From Podarcis gaigeae (taxonomy: Eukaryota), in assembly GCA_964106915.2 (NCBI GenBank), contig OZ066919.1: 64,000 nucleotides of DNA; one strand, given 5' to 3'. Position 1 is the stretch's first letter; each line of letters starts with the position of its first letter. Under the pieces are notes generated by a model. The model worked only from the letters and a program-made list of their open reading frames with translations. It was not told the DNA's origin and ran no database searches. Positions 9,850 through 25,180 of this stretch are shown here, piece by piece. A program made the position numbers and the translations under genes.

Positions 9850-12800
9850 ATGATGAACCACAGATGTTTAATTATTTTTTAACAACAGTAAGGGACAGTA
9901 TGTTTTGCTGATTCACATTTACAAACATGTTGGCAAAAAGAAAACAATATCCAGTGTAATTTTTAGCCTATTTTACAGCCCTTGAGGGGGAAAAGCATTA
10001 ATATAACAGCCTGTCTATGCTTCTGTTATACTTAAGTGCCAGGGAGAATTTTAATCATTACCCACCCCGTAATTGGCTGCAGTGTTTAAATCTGGGAAAC
10101 CTGTGCGCCCAGAGGACATCCCGAAACAATTTTTAAAAGCCTTTTTTAAAGGAGCGGGGGTGTATGGCATACTAAAAATTGGTCAACACTTCCCATTTTT
10201 CAAAAAAATTATTTGTGTAAAATGTAGTTGCTCTATGGTATGGCCACAAACAGAGTCAAGTCCTTAGTATGCTGCATGGATATGAGCTCTGTGTGAAACA
10301 GAGAAAATAACTTTATATCAAGATTTGTAATAGAAGCAGGCCCAAGGTACTCTGTTTGGGAATAAGTTTGAGTTTGATGAGACTTGCTTCCAAATAAGTG
10401 TTTGTAGGATTCCAGTTCTAACAACCTGGCACAAAGAGTGAACAGCACTGGCCAAATTCTGAAAAAGGAGCCTTTTTGAATAGCACCCAGCTCCTCGGAA
10501 GACTCAGGCTAATCTACTTCATCAAGTGCAGCTCAGTAAGAGATAGCAAGGAGCATTCTGCACATGTCACAGTGATTGCCTGAATTATGGATTCAGCTCA
10601 GACAACATGTTATGGGCAGTTGTGTGGATATAACCCACATGTGTCTCCCTGGCAATGCAAGGGGCGGAAAAGACATGTGACATGCTGCAATGCAGTTTCT
10701 GTAGCCACCTGCCTTATGTAAAGTAGGGAAACATGAATGCAAATTGCATCACCTATTCCTCACATTACTAGTGAGATGTGCATGTTCAAATAACATGTAG
10801 TTTGGGTCCCAGAGAATGGCTCTGTTCAGATACAAGAAATCAGAATCCCCAAGTTTCTCGATAATTTAATTGAAAAGAAGCTAACTCTCAAAAGATAGCT
10901 AGAAAAAGGCACACTATAAAGGTGAATGGGAACTTTGGCATTACCAAATAAACCAAGCTAAAGGATCTTTTACAGCAGAACTGGCTCAAATAGGGAAACA
11001 GTAGCATACTTTGGTTCCACATAATGAGATGGAATAATCTAGTAAGAGTCACAGTGTCTGGAGATCAAAGGATAATGTGCATTCCTCTATCCATTAAGAT
11101 CACATCAACCACTATCTGAGAAGTACTAATTCGTTCTGAAGACTCATCACACTGGCACAGGAAAGACTCAAAGCACTGACTGTAAAAGAATATTCAACCT
11201 GACTCAATTTTCCAAGATTCTGTCCTTGTCATTTCCATCAACTGGCCTCTTCTCAAGGAACCCAAGCCTGCAAGTCTGTTCAAGGGCTTTCTGAAGGAGC
11301 GACACCCACTTCCAAAATGACGGAGAGGCAAGGACATGGAAGGCTCCTGTTTCAGGTATGTGTCAGGAAAGTGGCAAGAGAAAGGTGTAGAAGTACTGAG
11401 GCAGCAGTCCTACTCCTACCCCTTCCCCTTAATCAGCAAGGACTCCCTGACTAGTGGAAGGGCAAAGTGGTCAGAAGACTTCAGCCTCGGTGAGAAAAAT
11501 CCAACTTTCTGTGAAAGGGTGAAATGAAGTTCAGAGTATTATGGCATCAAACTGCTCTTCTTGCTTAGCATAATTGTTCTCTTCTACCTCAAGACTACAA
11601 CCTGTGTTTTTCAAACCAGAAGTACTGACTGAGGTCCTAACTAATATGGATGAAGGAAATCCATGATCAGATCTCCCAATGTCTTTTTCTTTCATTTAAA
11701 AAGCAGTCACTGGCGGGGACTTACTCCTCTCACTATTTGCCCAATTTAAAGTTCAGAGATGAAGTAAGAGACAGGTATTATACGGATACTGATTTTCCTA
11801 CCGCACTGGATCATGCTTCTCAGCTAACAGCAGCCTTGGAAGGGCAATGTAAGTCTGGAAAGTGCAATGGACATGAAGGGTTCAGCTCCAAACCAGTTCA
11901 GCCTCCCTACAGCTTCTTTTAACCAAAGAAATAGATATCAGGAGATCTGATCAAGGAGTTCTCGTGTTGTGTCTAGTTTGGCTTTGTAAGCCTGAGTGGG
12001 AAGCAGAACACAAAAGGCTTATCTTGAGCTCAGTAAAAGCCTTCATGCTGATCATGTTTGCTCATAACATCTTCACAACAACGTGATACCCGATTTTAGT
12101 CTATGTTGAAGTAAGGAGGAGAAAGGCAGCAGGAGTCATAACTGACTGCAGTTTTTAACATATAGAGAAAGTTCCATTCTGGAGAAATAATCTGTAAGCT
12201 ATTTACATTGCTGTGACCTAGCTTAAACTCAAGGGGACAAGGATCATTGCCATTTGAGACATCTAACCCAAACAATGAAAAAGTATATTTGGGCTAAAAA
12301 AAAAAAAGCTTGAAATTTAATCAGCCTCTTTCTAAGGTACTATACAGCAGGAGAAGAAAACAACAGGCAGTCTCCCAAACTCCAGTCCATGACTGCTTTT
12401 CACTGTGGGAAAAGGTTGCAGTCAAATAGCTTGACCTTGTTTCCAACAATGCCTTCCACTTGGTCCTTCTAATATGAATTGAGTAGTAAAAGTACTCCAG
12501 GCATGAGGAGAGTCAACCTGGATCGGAAGCCACAGCTCATCCAGTGCTGCCAAACTGAACCTTTGGTAAGAGTGGTGTGTTTTAAGGTAGCAAAGACAGG
12601 TAGAAGAGTTGGAGAAGGATGCAGCCAGCAATTTGAATGGCAGTACTGGCTGCAGCAGGTTTGCTCCAAGGCAGGATATGTGCTATAGTAGCCTGAGACA
12701 ACAACCCTTTTCCTTCTGGGGGTGAAGCTTGATTAGCGAAGTTTCCAATCTTCAGGTGGTAGAAGCAAAATCCCAGTATCTGAGAGCAGTTGGTTCCCAA

Positions 12801-13183
12801 TGAACACTTTGAATGTGCAGTGGATTCCCAGTGTAATGCAAAGCGGTTCCGACTTTTGTGCTTTGACAATGCACTGGCTGCTGCCTCTGGCATCTTGACT
12901 TCCTAGGAATCAACTGCTGCAGGTTCTTAGGAGTGCCCTAACAGCATGGTCTGAGAGTTGGCTCCCTGATGCCTCAAAACCCTTTCTAGTATGATGACTT
13001 CATTATTATAGGGTTTCCTTGGAGACATTAGCGGTGTTGCTGGGGCGAGGAAACAGCTGTCGAAGCAACAGAAGCAACCCGAGGAGTCTGGAGCCTGCAG
13101 AGGGGAAGATCCATGGCTCAAAGAAGGTAATACTGGCAAGAGATCCTTACTCTCTTCACATGGTGTTGCCTGAAGCCAACCCT
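9850..13183 (-). other. Probable 3' UTR of the ARHGAP39-like gene (about 3.3 kb)
   Basis: Follows the stop codon, contains no repeat I recognise, and ends at ATTAAA (9872-9867) with a downstream TG/T-rich tract. Confidence 0.55.
9867..9872 (-). terminator. Candidate polyadenylation signal ATTAAA
   Basis: The minus strand reads ATTAAA catctgtggttcatcattgttttctatgtgttttt, i.e. a signal followed by a GU/U-rich element. Confidence 0.5.
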
Positions 13184-13411
<228 letters not shown>

Positions 13412-14030
13412 TCAAAGATATATAGATGTAAAATTCTGGAAAATAGCCCAGAAGATTTAGTTGTCCCACAAAGAATCACTTACTCCTGCTAGTATTTATA
13501 TGCTGTCAACTTTAAGAAAGAATTTCATATAGGAGATCTAATTATATTATTATTGTGGGTGCTAAGACCTGCAGCCAAGACTGCCTCTGATACACATTAG
13601 AAGAAATGAAGATTGAATCTTCAGAGGGTTTTATTCAATTGTCATTCTTCCCCTAGTGGAAGGTTCTTTGAATTAGCAATGCCTTTTCTCAGTGGAGCAG
13701 AGATAGAAACATTCATCGGGTACTTCCCTTTTTTTCGGCAGCCCCCACCCCACCTCAAATCTGCTCTGGGGAGTTGGCAAGCCCTTCAGAACAGCATGGG
13801 AGGTGGCAACATGCAGAGAGGAAATACTTCAAGAGGTTCTTAATCCCTGTTCCACTGATGGAAGGCTGTGCTGGATTAAAGAGCCTTCCATCAGCGGAAG
13901 TATATCAACTGGATATAATCCAGAATATTTGCAATGCAGAGTAAAGTGAGACGTTCCAGAGTGCAGCTATCGTATGCTGCTTCAGAATGCCTGTGGCCTG
14001 TCTGCTGCTTCAGAATGATTTCTAGTCTCA

Positions 14031-14255
<225 letters not shown>

Positions 14256-14825
14256 TCAACAACAACAGCTTAACAAATAAGGTATTTGGGTCAGAGACAT
14301 CTGTCCTGAAGCAGATGTTTAACTGAATAAGGGCCCAACACTCCTGCTCCTCCATCTTATGCTAAGTAAGACTCTGTTCTTCCCCAGAGGAAAGATAGCA
14401 TCACCCAATTCATTGAGATTTATGGTTTCAGACCTTTGAAATCACAGGACACAAATCCTAAAGGGGCTAGGGTAGCAATGGCCCGTGGCTTCAGAAGTAG
14501 GTATTAAAAGCTTTGGTTTAGATAGGAGGGAAGAAACATAAGAACACAAGATGGATTTATCTCAGTGTACTGTGATTTGGAGTGTGACTGAAATGTTAAG
14601 GCAAGAGGGAATCTACTGGAGGGCAGAATGCTGGAAATGGAGCAGTTGGGATTTGGCACTTAAAGAAGGAAGTGGGTATGGAACGAGGGTGGGTGGGGAG
14701 GGAATGAGTTTCTTGGGTTAGGAAAAGGTCCCAAATCAAAGATCTCCTGTTTTGAAGGCTTCTGAATAAAAGTTAAGTTCCTGCTATTTATGTGATTCCC
14801 ATTCTCTCATGAATGAAAACAGTTA

Positions 14826-14993
14826 CCGTATTTTTCGCTCTATAACACGCACCCGACCATAACACGACGTAGTTTTTAGAGGAGGAAAATCCGTAGGCAT
14901 GCCACCTGTAGGCATTCCCTCCATAACACGCACAGACATTTCCCCCTACTTTCTAGGAGGAAAAAAGTGAGTGTTATGGTGCAAAAAATACGG
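14826..14993. mobile_element. Tc1/mariner-superfamily MITE with CCGTATTTTT termini
   Basis: TA-CCGTATTTTTCGCTCTATAACAC...GTGTTATGGTGCAAAAAATACGG-TA. Confidence 0.85.
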
Positions 14994-15281
14994 TATATTG
15001 TCAATCTGGGTCTATTTTCCACGGAATTGAAGGATTTGAGCACCTCCCCCAAAAAGTAATGTATTAATGGTGAGGCTGTGATAGGGGACAGGATCACAAA
15101 AGGATCTTCCTCCTGCTGGTTGGAATGTTCTCCCAGATGATTGAGTAATACTTTTTCTTGCAACAGTTGGCAAATGTGGGGGCTGGGGTGGTGCTGCTGT
15201 TCTGCAGAGGTCAGGGGATGGTGGGACCATTTTATGGTGTGGTTGTACTTTTAATCTGTAAGTTGTTGCGAGACCTTTTCA

Positions 15282-15464
<183 letters not shown>

Positions 15465-17026
15465 TCATCAACAGAGGAAGCGAATCCCACAGATCCAGGA
15501 ACCAGAGGAACAAACGAGACTACATATTTCAGAAAGCCATGTACAGAGTTGTTTGACAAGAATGCCATAGTTAGTGTTAAATAAATAGGACACAAACAAA
15601 AATATTGCAGTTTAGAGTGCATCTGTTTGATATTTCCCCTTAAATGGGGGTGGGTTGGGGTAGAGAGGGGGGTACTCCTACAGGCGTCTTTACCTGCTCT
15701 GCTTAAGGACCAGGAACCTTGGCTCTTTCTCTCCTTGAGTCTTTCGATTCCAGCTGGTCATTACAAGAACTCTATTAACTAAGAAATAGTGCCAGAGTTT
15801 GCTTTTACCCCCTTATTTCCCCAACTCTTTTCCTTTCAGGTCATGACTTTTACAAACTTTTAGACTAAGCCTCAAGGCATCATTATCATCAACATTTGTA
15901 AACTGTTCTGGGAGCCTTTTATGGCAGAAGAATGTGATTTTAAAATGCTATAAACAAACAAACAGACCAAGCCGCAATATTTGGGGGGTCTCATTAATCT
16001 ACTAATTCCTCTCTCTTGAGCATTGCGGCTGTGGCTAAATGAAGAGTCATGTTTTGAGAATGAGTATTTAATTAATATAGAGGATTCATTTTTAAACAGT
16101 TTTTGCCAAAACAATGGCCTTATTGGCATGGTAGACATGTTTGGGGCATGTTATATTTCTAAAAATGCCTTTATCAGCAGCAGCCCTAGTATGAGGATAC
16201 AAACTACCACAATGAGACTTCCTTCCTTCAACTATGATGCAGATGTCAAGCACTGCCATAAATCAAGTTCTGGCTCTGAATGGTTTAAACAAGCTAAGCA
16301 GCTAAAAACGCACCCCCTTCCCCATGTTATACAAGAGAAATTTCTTTACAACTTTTCAACTTGTGGTCTATGGGGCCTGTCCAGTTTTTTTGTAGTGGCT
16401 TCTTCATTCTATAAATATTTTTATTTTTATTAGTTGTTTCCAGATGCAATTCCTTGCCCTTGATTTTCAGAACAGAGTGCAAAAACAATGTAAGTTCCCC
16501 ACTCTCAAGGCCCTAGATTAGGTAGTATCTATACTGTGTGTGTGGGGGGGGGGGGTGAACAGTGGCAATTCCTCTTCCCATCCTAGCTAACTCTGACAAA
16601 GCTAGCAATGGCTAAATGGCCTTCGCATACACAGTGATATTCTAGGAAAGGAGGAGATTAAATCACAGAAAACATGCACAGCTGATGTGCATGTACCACA
16701 GTTCTCTCCCCACCCCCAATCCAAAATATGCAGATGGGTAGATTAGAGATTTTAGCCTGAGGTTTTAGGAGCAAGTTCATATGTACAGTACTAGCATAAG
16801 CCTATTTGTTTGGAAGCGACTGAGAAGGTGGCATGAGTCCCTGGAGACCTCATAAATCTTTTGCTGTGGTTTGAAAGCTGCTTCCTCTCCTAAAACTGTT
16901 TGTAAAAATGAGGCTTGAGAGGATGCAGTTCCACTAGGGCAAGGAGCAGAAATGCCATGCATCTCCAACTATCCGGTCAGCTATACAGTAATCAATCCTT
17001 TATGTAGCTCCGGTCAGCCAGCCTCA

Positions 17027-17227
<201 letters not shown>

Positions 17228-17675
17228 CTATAAGCAAAAAAGGAAAAGGAAAAGAAAGGATGGGAAACAACGATGAACAGATTTGCATAAGGAACAATCA
17301 CATGCATCCTAGGAAAGCATTTTATGTTTGCTCTGAATTTTTTAAAATAATTACCGGTATCTATGTCAGAACCTGTGTGGATGAGCATGTTAGCTGTGGC
17401 CTGTTTGTGCTGTATGCAGCACCCATGGAGGGGGGGATGCATATTCACAATTAAGCCATGGGTAGTTTATGCAGTGCCCTCCAGATTTTGGATTCCGATG
17501 CCCATCAGCTCTAGCAAGCATGAGCAATGGAAGTTTTAGTTCAGCAACATCTGGAGGGTACCATGTTGCTCTCCCTTGGCTTAGTGTGACATGCTAACCA
17601 GCCTACCCACTTCTCCACTGGGGGAAAAAGCTGCAGTGGGGGCATAGAGACTCAATATGATGACTGTGTCACACA

Positions 17676-17850
17676 CTGGAAGCTGCCTTACACGAAATCA
17701 GACCATTGATCCATTGAGCTCATTATTTCTACACTGAGTTGGCAGCAGTTCTCCGTAGCTTCAGACAGGAGTCTTTCTCAACCCTGCCTAGAGATGCCAG
17801 CAGAGATAAGCTTGGGAGTGTCTCCATGCATCTGCCACTGAGCTAATGCA
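17676..17850 (-). mobile_element. tRNA-derived SINE remnant (same family as 3960-4115)
   Basis: ggaagctgccttacacgaaatcagaccattg...ctgccactgagcta. Confidence 0.55.
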
Positions 17851-18669
17851 CTTTCCCAAGAAAAGTACTGCTAAAATGATACACATTTTTAAATGGTCAT
17901 AGCAGAAAAAATGTGTGTCCATGGAACTGTCATCCTAGTACTATTCCTCTGTAAATGTAATTCTGGCCTTCAATTGCTGCTGATAAGTTAGTGGAGCGTG
18001 CACTCATATTAGCTATTTATTCATCGTTTTTGCAAACGTAAGGTAATGGAACATTTCCAATGCAGACAAGAACTTGTATAATTCCTCTATGGTACTTTGA
18101 TGTCATGCGTAACAGGAAGAATTCAGCCTCAGTGTGCACATGACTCAGTCAGATGATCACATCTATGCCAGGCAAGAGTACGCCATTTTTCCAGTAATGA
18201 TAAATATGCTGAAAATGTCTGCATCGTAATGAAATTGATCTCAAAAACCGTGAGTGCTAGAAATTCATTCTTCACTTTGGAAAAAATAAGATTTCCAGAA
18301 CTCACATAAGTGTTTTACTATATGTGACCTTGCTCACCCAATTCTGCAGCATGTGTTTTATAAGTACAATTCCAAGGCCCCCTATCTTAATTCTGATTAC
18401 CAGGGCATCTTCCCACCCATTTGTTGTATGAATAGTCAAGACCTACGAAAATGAAGATTTCATGTTATTTTGTCTTTCCACTGAATTTTTCTGTCTTAAA
18501 AAAGGAAAAGTAGAAGATTTCAGGCATATCATTCCCACATCTACCACTGACTTTTCCATTAATGTCTGCAGCTTTCCAATCTATGCTTCTGATCACCATC
18601 AAAATAATGCCAAAGGGGCAAGAGAACAGTTGACTTAAACTACTAGAAGAGAATATGACACTGACTCAC

Positions 18670-18743
18670 CTTTTTGCCTCCAGTGACTGCAACTTTTTGC
18701 AGCTTCCGGTAGCAGTATCTGGCATAAGTGCTGATAGGCAGAC
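18670..18743 (-). CDS. ARHGAP39: ARHGAP39-like exon (74 nt, phase 1-0)
   Basis: Acceptor ttccatttgttAG, donor AAG|GTGAGT. Encodes GLPISTYARYCYRKLQKVAVTGGKK, the C-terminal part of MyTH4. Confidence 0.92.
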
Positions 18744-20349
18744 CTAACAAATGGAAATAAATAAAATGGGAGTTTTAGAATAGTTGTGGAGAACTTCAGA
18801 GGAGAAAATGGCCCCAGAGCACAAATGTTTGTATTCTCCCTAACTGACCCTCAAGCTTATCCTTCTGAGCAAGTGATAAAATAAGTGCTATAAAGGCCTT
18901 ATTACTGTTTTACTGTGCAATAAATGTGCACTTGTTGTGGCAGATCTAGATATCCTTTCTCAAGACAGCACTTCTGCCGCAGGGTTATTTCATTAGCCTG
19001 GCACTCAAAATAGTCTTCCCCTCCAACTATCACATCCATTGCAATTTGGAGTGCTGTGAGAAATGTAATTGAATTGGGGTCAAGTGGTACAACTCCTTAA
19101 AGTCCATGGCATTTTGTGAATTTTTATTTTTTTAAAAGAGGGATTTTTTCCAGTGCAGGAAAACACATACAGTATTCTAGAAGGGAAAAAAGTTCTGATG
19201 AACATCAGAAAGGCAATATTTCCCCCATAGCAATGTTATACATTTTGTGAACCTTTACCCATCAAAAACACACATAATACTAAACTGTATGTGCTTTTTC
19301 TCCAGCGCTAGTGCTTAGACTTCCCCTGCTTAAAACAAAAACAAAGCAATGAACAGATCACTTTCTCCCGCACTTTGTAGGGCTAATATTAGTTTCTGAC
19401 AGACTTTAGTATAAAATGTCATTTGGCCACTGACTGGAAAAGCACTCAGAGGGAGCTGCTAGACTGAGGTGTCTGTGAGAAATGAGTTGAACAGGTCTTA
19501 CAAACTGCATGTGCAGTTCTGCCTCCTAACATGAGATAAAATAGATGTGCATTATTTCACTTTTGCATACATGCTTCAGTCTCATATAGGCACATAAAGC
19601 TGGAAATGGCAACCCTCTGATTTCTTTGGATTATTATCCCACCTCCTGCTGCTATGCAAAATGACATACAAAAGCCCTCCAGTGCTGCAGTCCTGAACGT
19701 AACAAAGTACAGATACATTCTCTTTCCTGAAATGCCCTCACTTAATCATGTTTTCTGACAAGTCTGGGGTCCAGGTGACGAAGAATGCTCTTCTGGGAAT
19801 ACAGAAAAGGGCACGGTGAATGGGCAAATTACTCTGGGCATCTTCTGGCTTCAGATAATGGAACCAGCCGGGTTCTGTCGTCACATATATTGAGGAGCAC
19901 CTCCTAGTGCATTCTTAATCCTTGATGGAAATCAAAGCTCCAGACCCCTAAATTACTTTGCCAGATCAAGTCCAATTAATTTCAGTGAGACTTGAGCTTG
20001 GGCTGACATAGTGTTTTGTGGATAAGTGCTGAGGGAGCACCAGTAGAATTCTGGAGCAGGTAAGCAGCTCCATGTGTGAGAGGCCTTCTTACTGCCCTGT
20101 GCTTCCAGAAACAGGGTCATCCTAAACTAGCCAAAATGAGGTACCCTGGGCAATATTAAAGCAAATCACTGAAGGTCAACACTGAATTATTTGGGAATGG
20201 GAAATCATAAATGAATTGTGAAGAGCTCCAAAAGGACCTCTCCAAACTGAGTAATTTGAGTAATTTGGAAGCAATAAAATGACAAAAGTACTGTAGTTCA
20301 ACATAAGAAAGAATCAAATGCACAGTTTCAGATAATGTAACTCCTATGA

Positions 20350-20710
20350 GGTGAAACGTTTTAGTTTAGTTGAGGGCTTTTTAATTTAGAGAAAAGACAC
20401 GTAAGGGAAGGGGGGACACATAGAGAGATATAAAACTGCATGGTGTGAGGAAAGAGAATAGGGTATTTCTTCCTCTCTCATAACTAGTAGCCAAGAACAT
20501 TAAGTGAAGCTGAACATTCAAAACAAACAGAAGTACTTATTCACACAGTGCATAGGTAATCTATGGAGTTCCCTATCACAAGATGTGGTGATGGCCACCA
20601 CCTTAAAAGAAGATTAAACAAATTCATGGACGATAAGGCTGCCAATGACTAGTCATGATGGTTGTGTGCTACCTTGAGGATCAGAGGCAACATGTCTCTG
20701 AATACCAAAG
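20350..20710 (+). mobile_element. CR1-type LINE 3' fragment
   Basis: tttagtttag...agaaaagac...aagtacttattcacacagtgcatag...aaagaagattaaacaaattcatgga, typical of the reptile CR1 3' end; overlaps in sequence with 28490-28745. Confidence 0.6.
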
Positions 20711-21375
20711 GAACACAGAACACAGGAAGCTAACTCATAGCGAGGGCGCCATTGCTCCATCTACCTCAGTATTGTCCTAATTTCAGACAGGAGGCTTATC
20801 CAGCCCTCTCTAAATTCAAAAGGAACTCTTTAGCTGCTAGATAAGATGGGAATGCAGTGCTGCCTGTCTACACTGAATCCAATGAATCCATCTCAGGACT
20901 TTTGCTATCAAAGTTCTCAGACTAGAAAAGAAGGGAAGGAAGCCCACCCATCTACCATAAATGTAGGGTACAAATATAGCTAAATAAAGGTTTCTCCTAA
21001 ACCCTGCAGTTGAAAGGCAATTATTAACTAATCCCACCTGAATGGAGAGATCCAGTTTGCTCTGTGAAAGTAAGATGGCAACACATCTTTATTTGGAAAC
21101 GCGTTCTACTGAAATCAATTGGACTTAAAGTGTGGTTAAGATGTGCTGTTAATCATTAAATACTGCTCTATCAAGTGTTGCATACAATTTTTTATCAGTA
21201 GCCATTTTGCAATTTCCTCCATTCCCAAAATGTTGAAGCTTGTACAACTCCTAGGTCTTATCTTTCTACAATAAAGCCCGTACAACTATATCTGAGGTCA
21301 ATGACACACAAACACAGACATGTGTTGTTGTGTCTCCTCTATTATTAGCCCTCCTCATAATTCAGTTATTTTTAC

Positions 21376-21465
21376 CTTCATCCTCTGTATTTTGCTTCCT
21401 CTTTTTCCTGGATTTTGAGTTCTTTTTGTTTTTCATATCCAGAAGCTCCTTAATGCGCTGGGTAA
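21376..21465 (-). CDS. ARHGAP39: ARHGAP39-like 90-nt symmetric (phase 1-1) basic exon within MyTH4
   Basis: Not in the ORF track. Acceptor ggattttcAG, donor GAAG|GTAAA. Encodes (I)TQRIKELLDMKNKKNSKSRKKRKQNTEDE(G), similar to the ARHGAP39 segment VTQHIKELLERNTKKKSK... as I recall it. Confidence 0.85.
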
Positions 21466-22751
21466 CTGAAAATCCAAAGCATCGTTGATTGAGTGATGGC
21501 AAAAACATTAAATGCTCACTGCCCAGTTTTACTCAGCCATGGCAGAAGAGGGGCCTGTATTTACTGAATTCACACATCACAAAATCAGCTCTATCCATCT
21601 CCTTTTCATTACATGTCAAGATCAGTTTTCATTACAAACATCAAAATCAGTTTAACAATGAATGTAAGAAGAAGGAAGTTCAGATTCTAAAAAAATCTTT
21701 TTCGGTTTATTAATTTGATTAAAAATCAGCCGGAATGTTTACCATTCATGGACGGAAACTTTTCAGGATTATGGCTGCTGAAGGGGTTATATTTGATGCC
21801 AGGGACAAAAAAAAAGGGTCTCATTTCTTACCAATGAAGTCTCCTAACCAATTATTTTCTTTCAGCAACCTTCAGAATAGTGTACTTGGAATAAAACCAT
21901 TGCACTGAATGCTTTCTCTTCACTTTCTAAAGCATTTAACATGATATAGAGCAAAAGTTCTTGTACCGGGTTAACCCAATTCCCCAAATGTATATCTTGA
22001 CAAACAGAGCAACATGAAAGACATTTGGCCATTTACTCTGAGCTTGCCAGCTGTGATCTAAAAAATAATGTGATACATCTGATGCAATTATTTATGTCAC
22101 TGTTTTTTCCCATCTACTTAATTATGTCAGCCTTCCCTTAGAATTCTTATAATAGCTTATCACCAAGTTCTAAAGGAACATTCCAAATTGCTGCCCCCCC
22201 AAAAGAAGCTAGATATTTTCACTCAAAGAAACTCAAAGAAACAAACTCAATGGGAGCAGATCAACACCTTAAAATAGCAGAAATGTTTTTCTTCTTAGTT
22301 GTTTTCCAAGACTGGTGTGGAGAGAGAAAACTGCTTTGTAATTGTTATTGTTAAAATTTGGCTATTATTGGGGTTCATTGGAAAACTAATAAAAAATGTA
22401 TTAAAAGAAGAAGTCTGCTTTGTGGAAAAAGCCAGGTAAACTTTTTGTTGTAACACCAGATCTATTTCACTTTCTAGCAAAGAAATAGCTGTTGCTTTTA
22501 ATCCTGCTGCATTCTTTTGAGCTCCTTTACTATCAGAATGTACTGAGCTTTGTTATTACTTTTCACTTACAGTACCTAATATATTACAGTAAGAATTAAA
22601 TATATTAAAAATTACATAGTGTCCTATAGATAATAATTATAAAACTTCCTTTTCCCTAAATCTGGAAATGAAACGGTTGCCTACTCCTGCTGAACAGGAT
22701 CTTTACTTCATTTTATTTGCTATTGTGCTGCAATGTATTTCACCCTTATTA

Positions 22752-23345
<594 letters not shown>

Positions 23346-24999
23346 TTAAAAAAAAAAAAGCTGAGCTACTCATATTTCCTTGAGCAGAACAGCTAACTAT
23401 AGTCACTTCCAAAAGAGGGGGCAGTCTTTTTATAAGTCCCAGTGTCTACTGACAACTTGAGAAGCTCTCTGTCTCCCTTTCCCCCTCCCTCTCCACTATC
23501 TCCTTGTGTCAATGTCTGAAACTTCAAGTCAAACCCACCCTTTCACACCCTTCTAACTTGGTTCCTGTTTTTGTAATATGAGGCCTTTCTTTGTATGTCC
23601 CCTCAGCGGGAAGTGGCAAAATAAGAACAGGCCTTTTCAATGGTGGCTCCCCAATAATGGAATGCTCTCTTCAGAAATATGCAATTTAGGCCATCCTTAT
23701 CAATGTTTAGATGCTAGGCAAGGATGTTTACTCAGGCATTTGGCTCTTAATTGGAGTCATAGGGTATGGTACTCCTTTAATAGGGTTAATAGGAATCTTC
23801 CTATTTATGTTATTGCAGAATGAGCACCTTTACTCAATTCATATTCATTTATCTTTCCTGGTGCATTCTAAATGTTGTGTACACATGCTTTTATATAATT
23901 GTACTTTGCTTTGACACATTTTTGTAGTAAGCAACAAATAAATGCAGTAATAATAGTTATTGTTACTGTTACTACAGAAGCTCCAGTTTTCATTGAACAA
24001 CATCTTGCTTACATATTTGTCTCTGTAAGAAGGCAGGGAAAAACATGGAGCCCTATTACTGACTGGTAACTTTGTTTATTTTGTTCCTTATGAGGTGCAA
24101 TGATCTCTGTTCTCTGTCACAAAAGAACAGCTGGGGAGATCTGGGTGCTCACAGATGATCAACAGCCTCAGGGATGGGTCCTGGTGTTGTCACAAGGAGG
24201 ACAGCTGTCCCTTGTGCTAGTGACAGGTTTGTCATGCTGGATTCTCTTAGTTGTTGCCTCAGTGCATTAGGCTGTAGGGGAAACCCGTAAGGAGTCCTCC
24301 AGAAGTAGAATTTTTCAATAGTGTCAGCTCATTCTAAAAATGAACTTTTTTTTTTTACTTTTCAAATTTGAATTTTGGATTTTTTAATTTGCTTTTTAGC
24401 TCAGAGCATTTAACATTTCAAAGAATTGCTGTAGAAGGACAAAATACCATAGCTTTATTTTGTTTTGTTTTTTAAACTACCCTGCATTGAATTGTTTTAA
24501 TTCATAGAGCTTGTTAAAAAGCACCAACTAAATATATTATGTGTTATAAAGCACGACAGTTGCAAAGTAGCCTCCACAAAGAGCTGAAATGGGCTTGTGG
24601 AAAAGCAGGGAGGTGTCTTCACAGCTTGTTTGCATGGTGACAACAGCTAGAGGGAAAATGGAGGGGAGGAAGCTCCAGTTCAGACTTTGGAAGTAGCTAG
24701 CAAAAGCTTTGAATGTCTTCCAGAAGCTAAGTGTCAGTTGACTGCTCTGCAGTGAAGGGCATGCTACAGAATGGGAGAAAACCTGTCTGGGGGATTGGAG
24801 GGGTCAGGATCTACAGATTCACTAGTCACAGGTTCTAATCCTTTAGGTTTAGCAAACTAGGTAATATAAGAATGATTCCAGGTTTGTCCAAACATATAAA
24901 TAAAACTTTCCAAAAATTCTCTAAAGATGACAATGTTGTCCTAATTGTTAAGTTTTTAGAGGATATGACAAATACAATACAGACATCGTATAATGTACA

Positions 25000-25000
<1 letters not shown>

Positions 25001-25032
<32 letters not shown>
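25001..25032. repeat. (AC)n microsatellite
   Basis: Direct reading of the sequence. Confidence 0.95.
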
Positions 25033-25033
<1 letters not shown>

Positions 25034-25034
<1 letters not shown>

Positions 25035-25180
25035 TAGAATTAGAGAGTCTGGGAAAGATCTAAAGGTTATCCAGTTCATCCCCCTGCTGATGCGTTCCTG
25101 CAGGTGACCATCCAGTCTTTGCTTAAACTCCCCTAACAAAGTCTACCTCCTTCTGAGGCAGTCTGTTCCACTGTTGAATG
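25034..25180 (-). mobile_element. CR1-type 3' end fragment
   Basis: atagaattagagagtctgggaaagatctaaaggttatccagttc; a similar stub occurs at about 61993-62057. Confidence 0.5.

Noticed and set aside
13975-14017. 15-bp direct repeat tgctgcttcagaatg around a 13-bp spacer
   Set aside because: Too small to assign; probably a local slippage or repair duplication in an intron.
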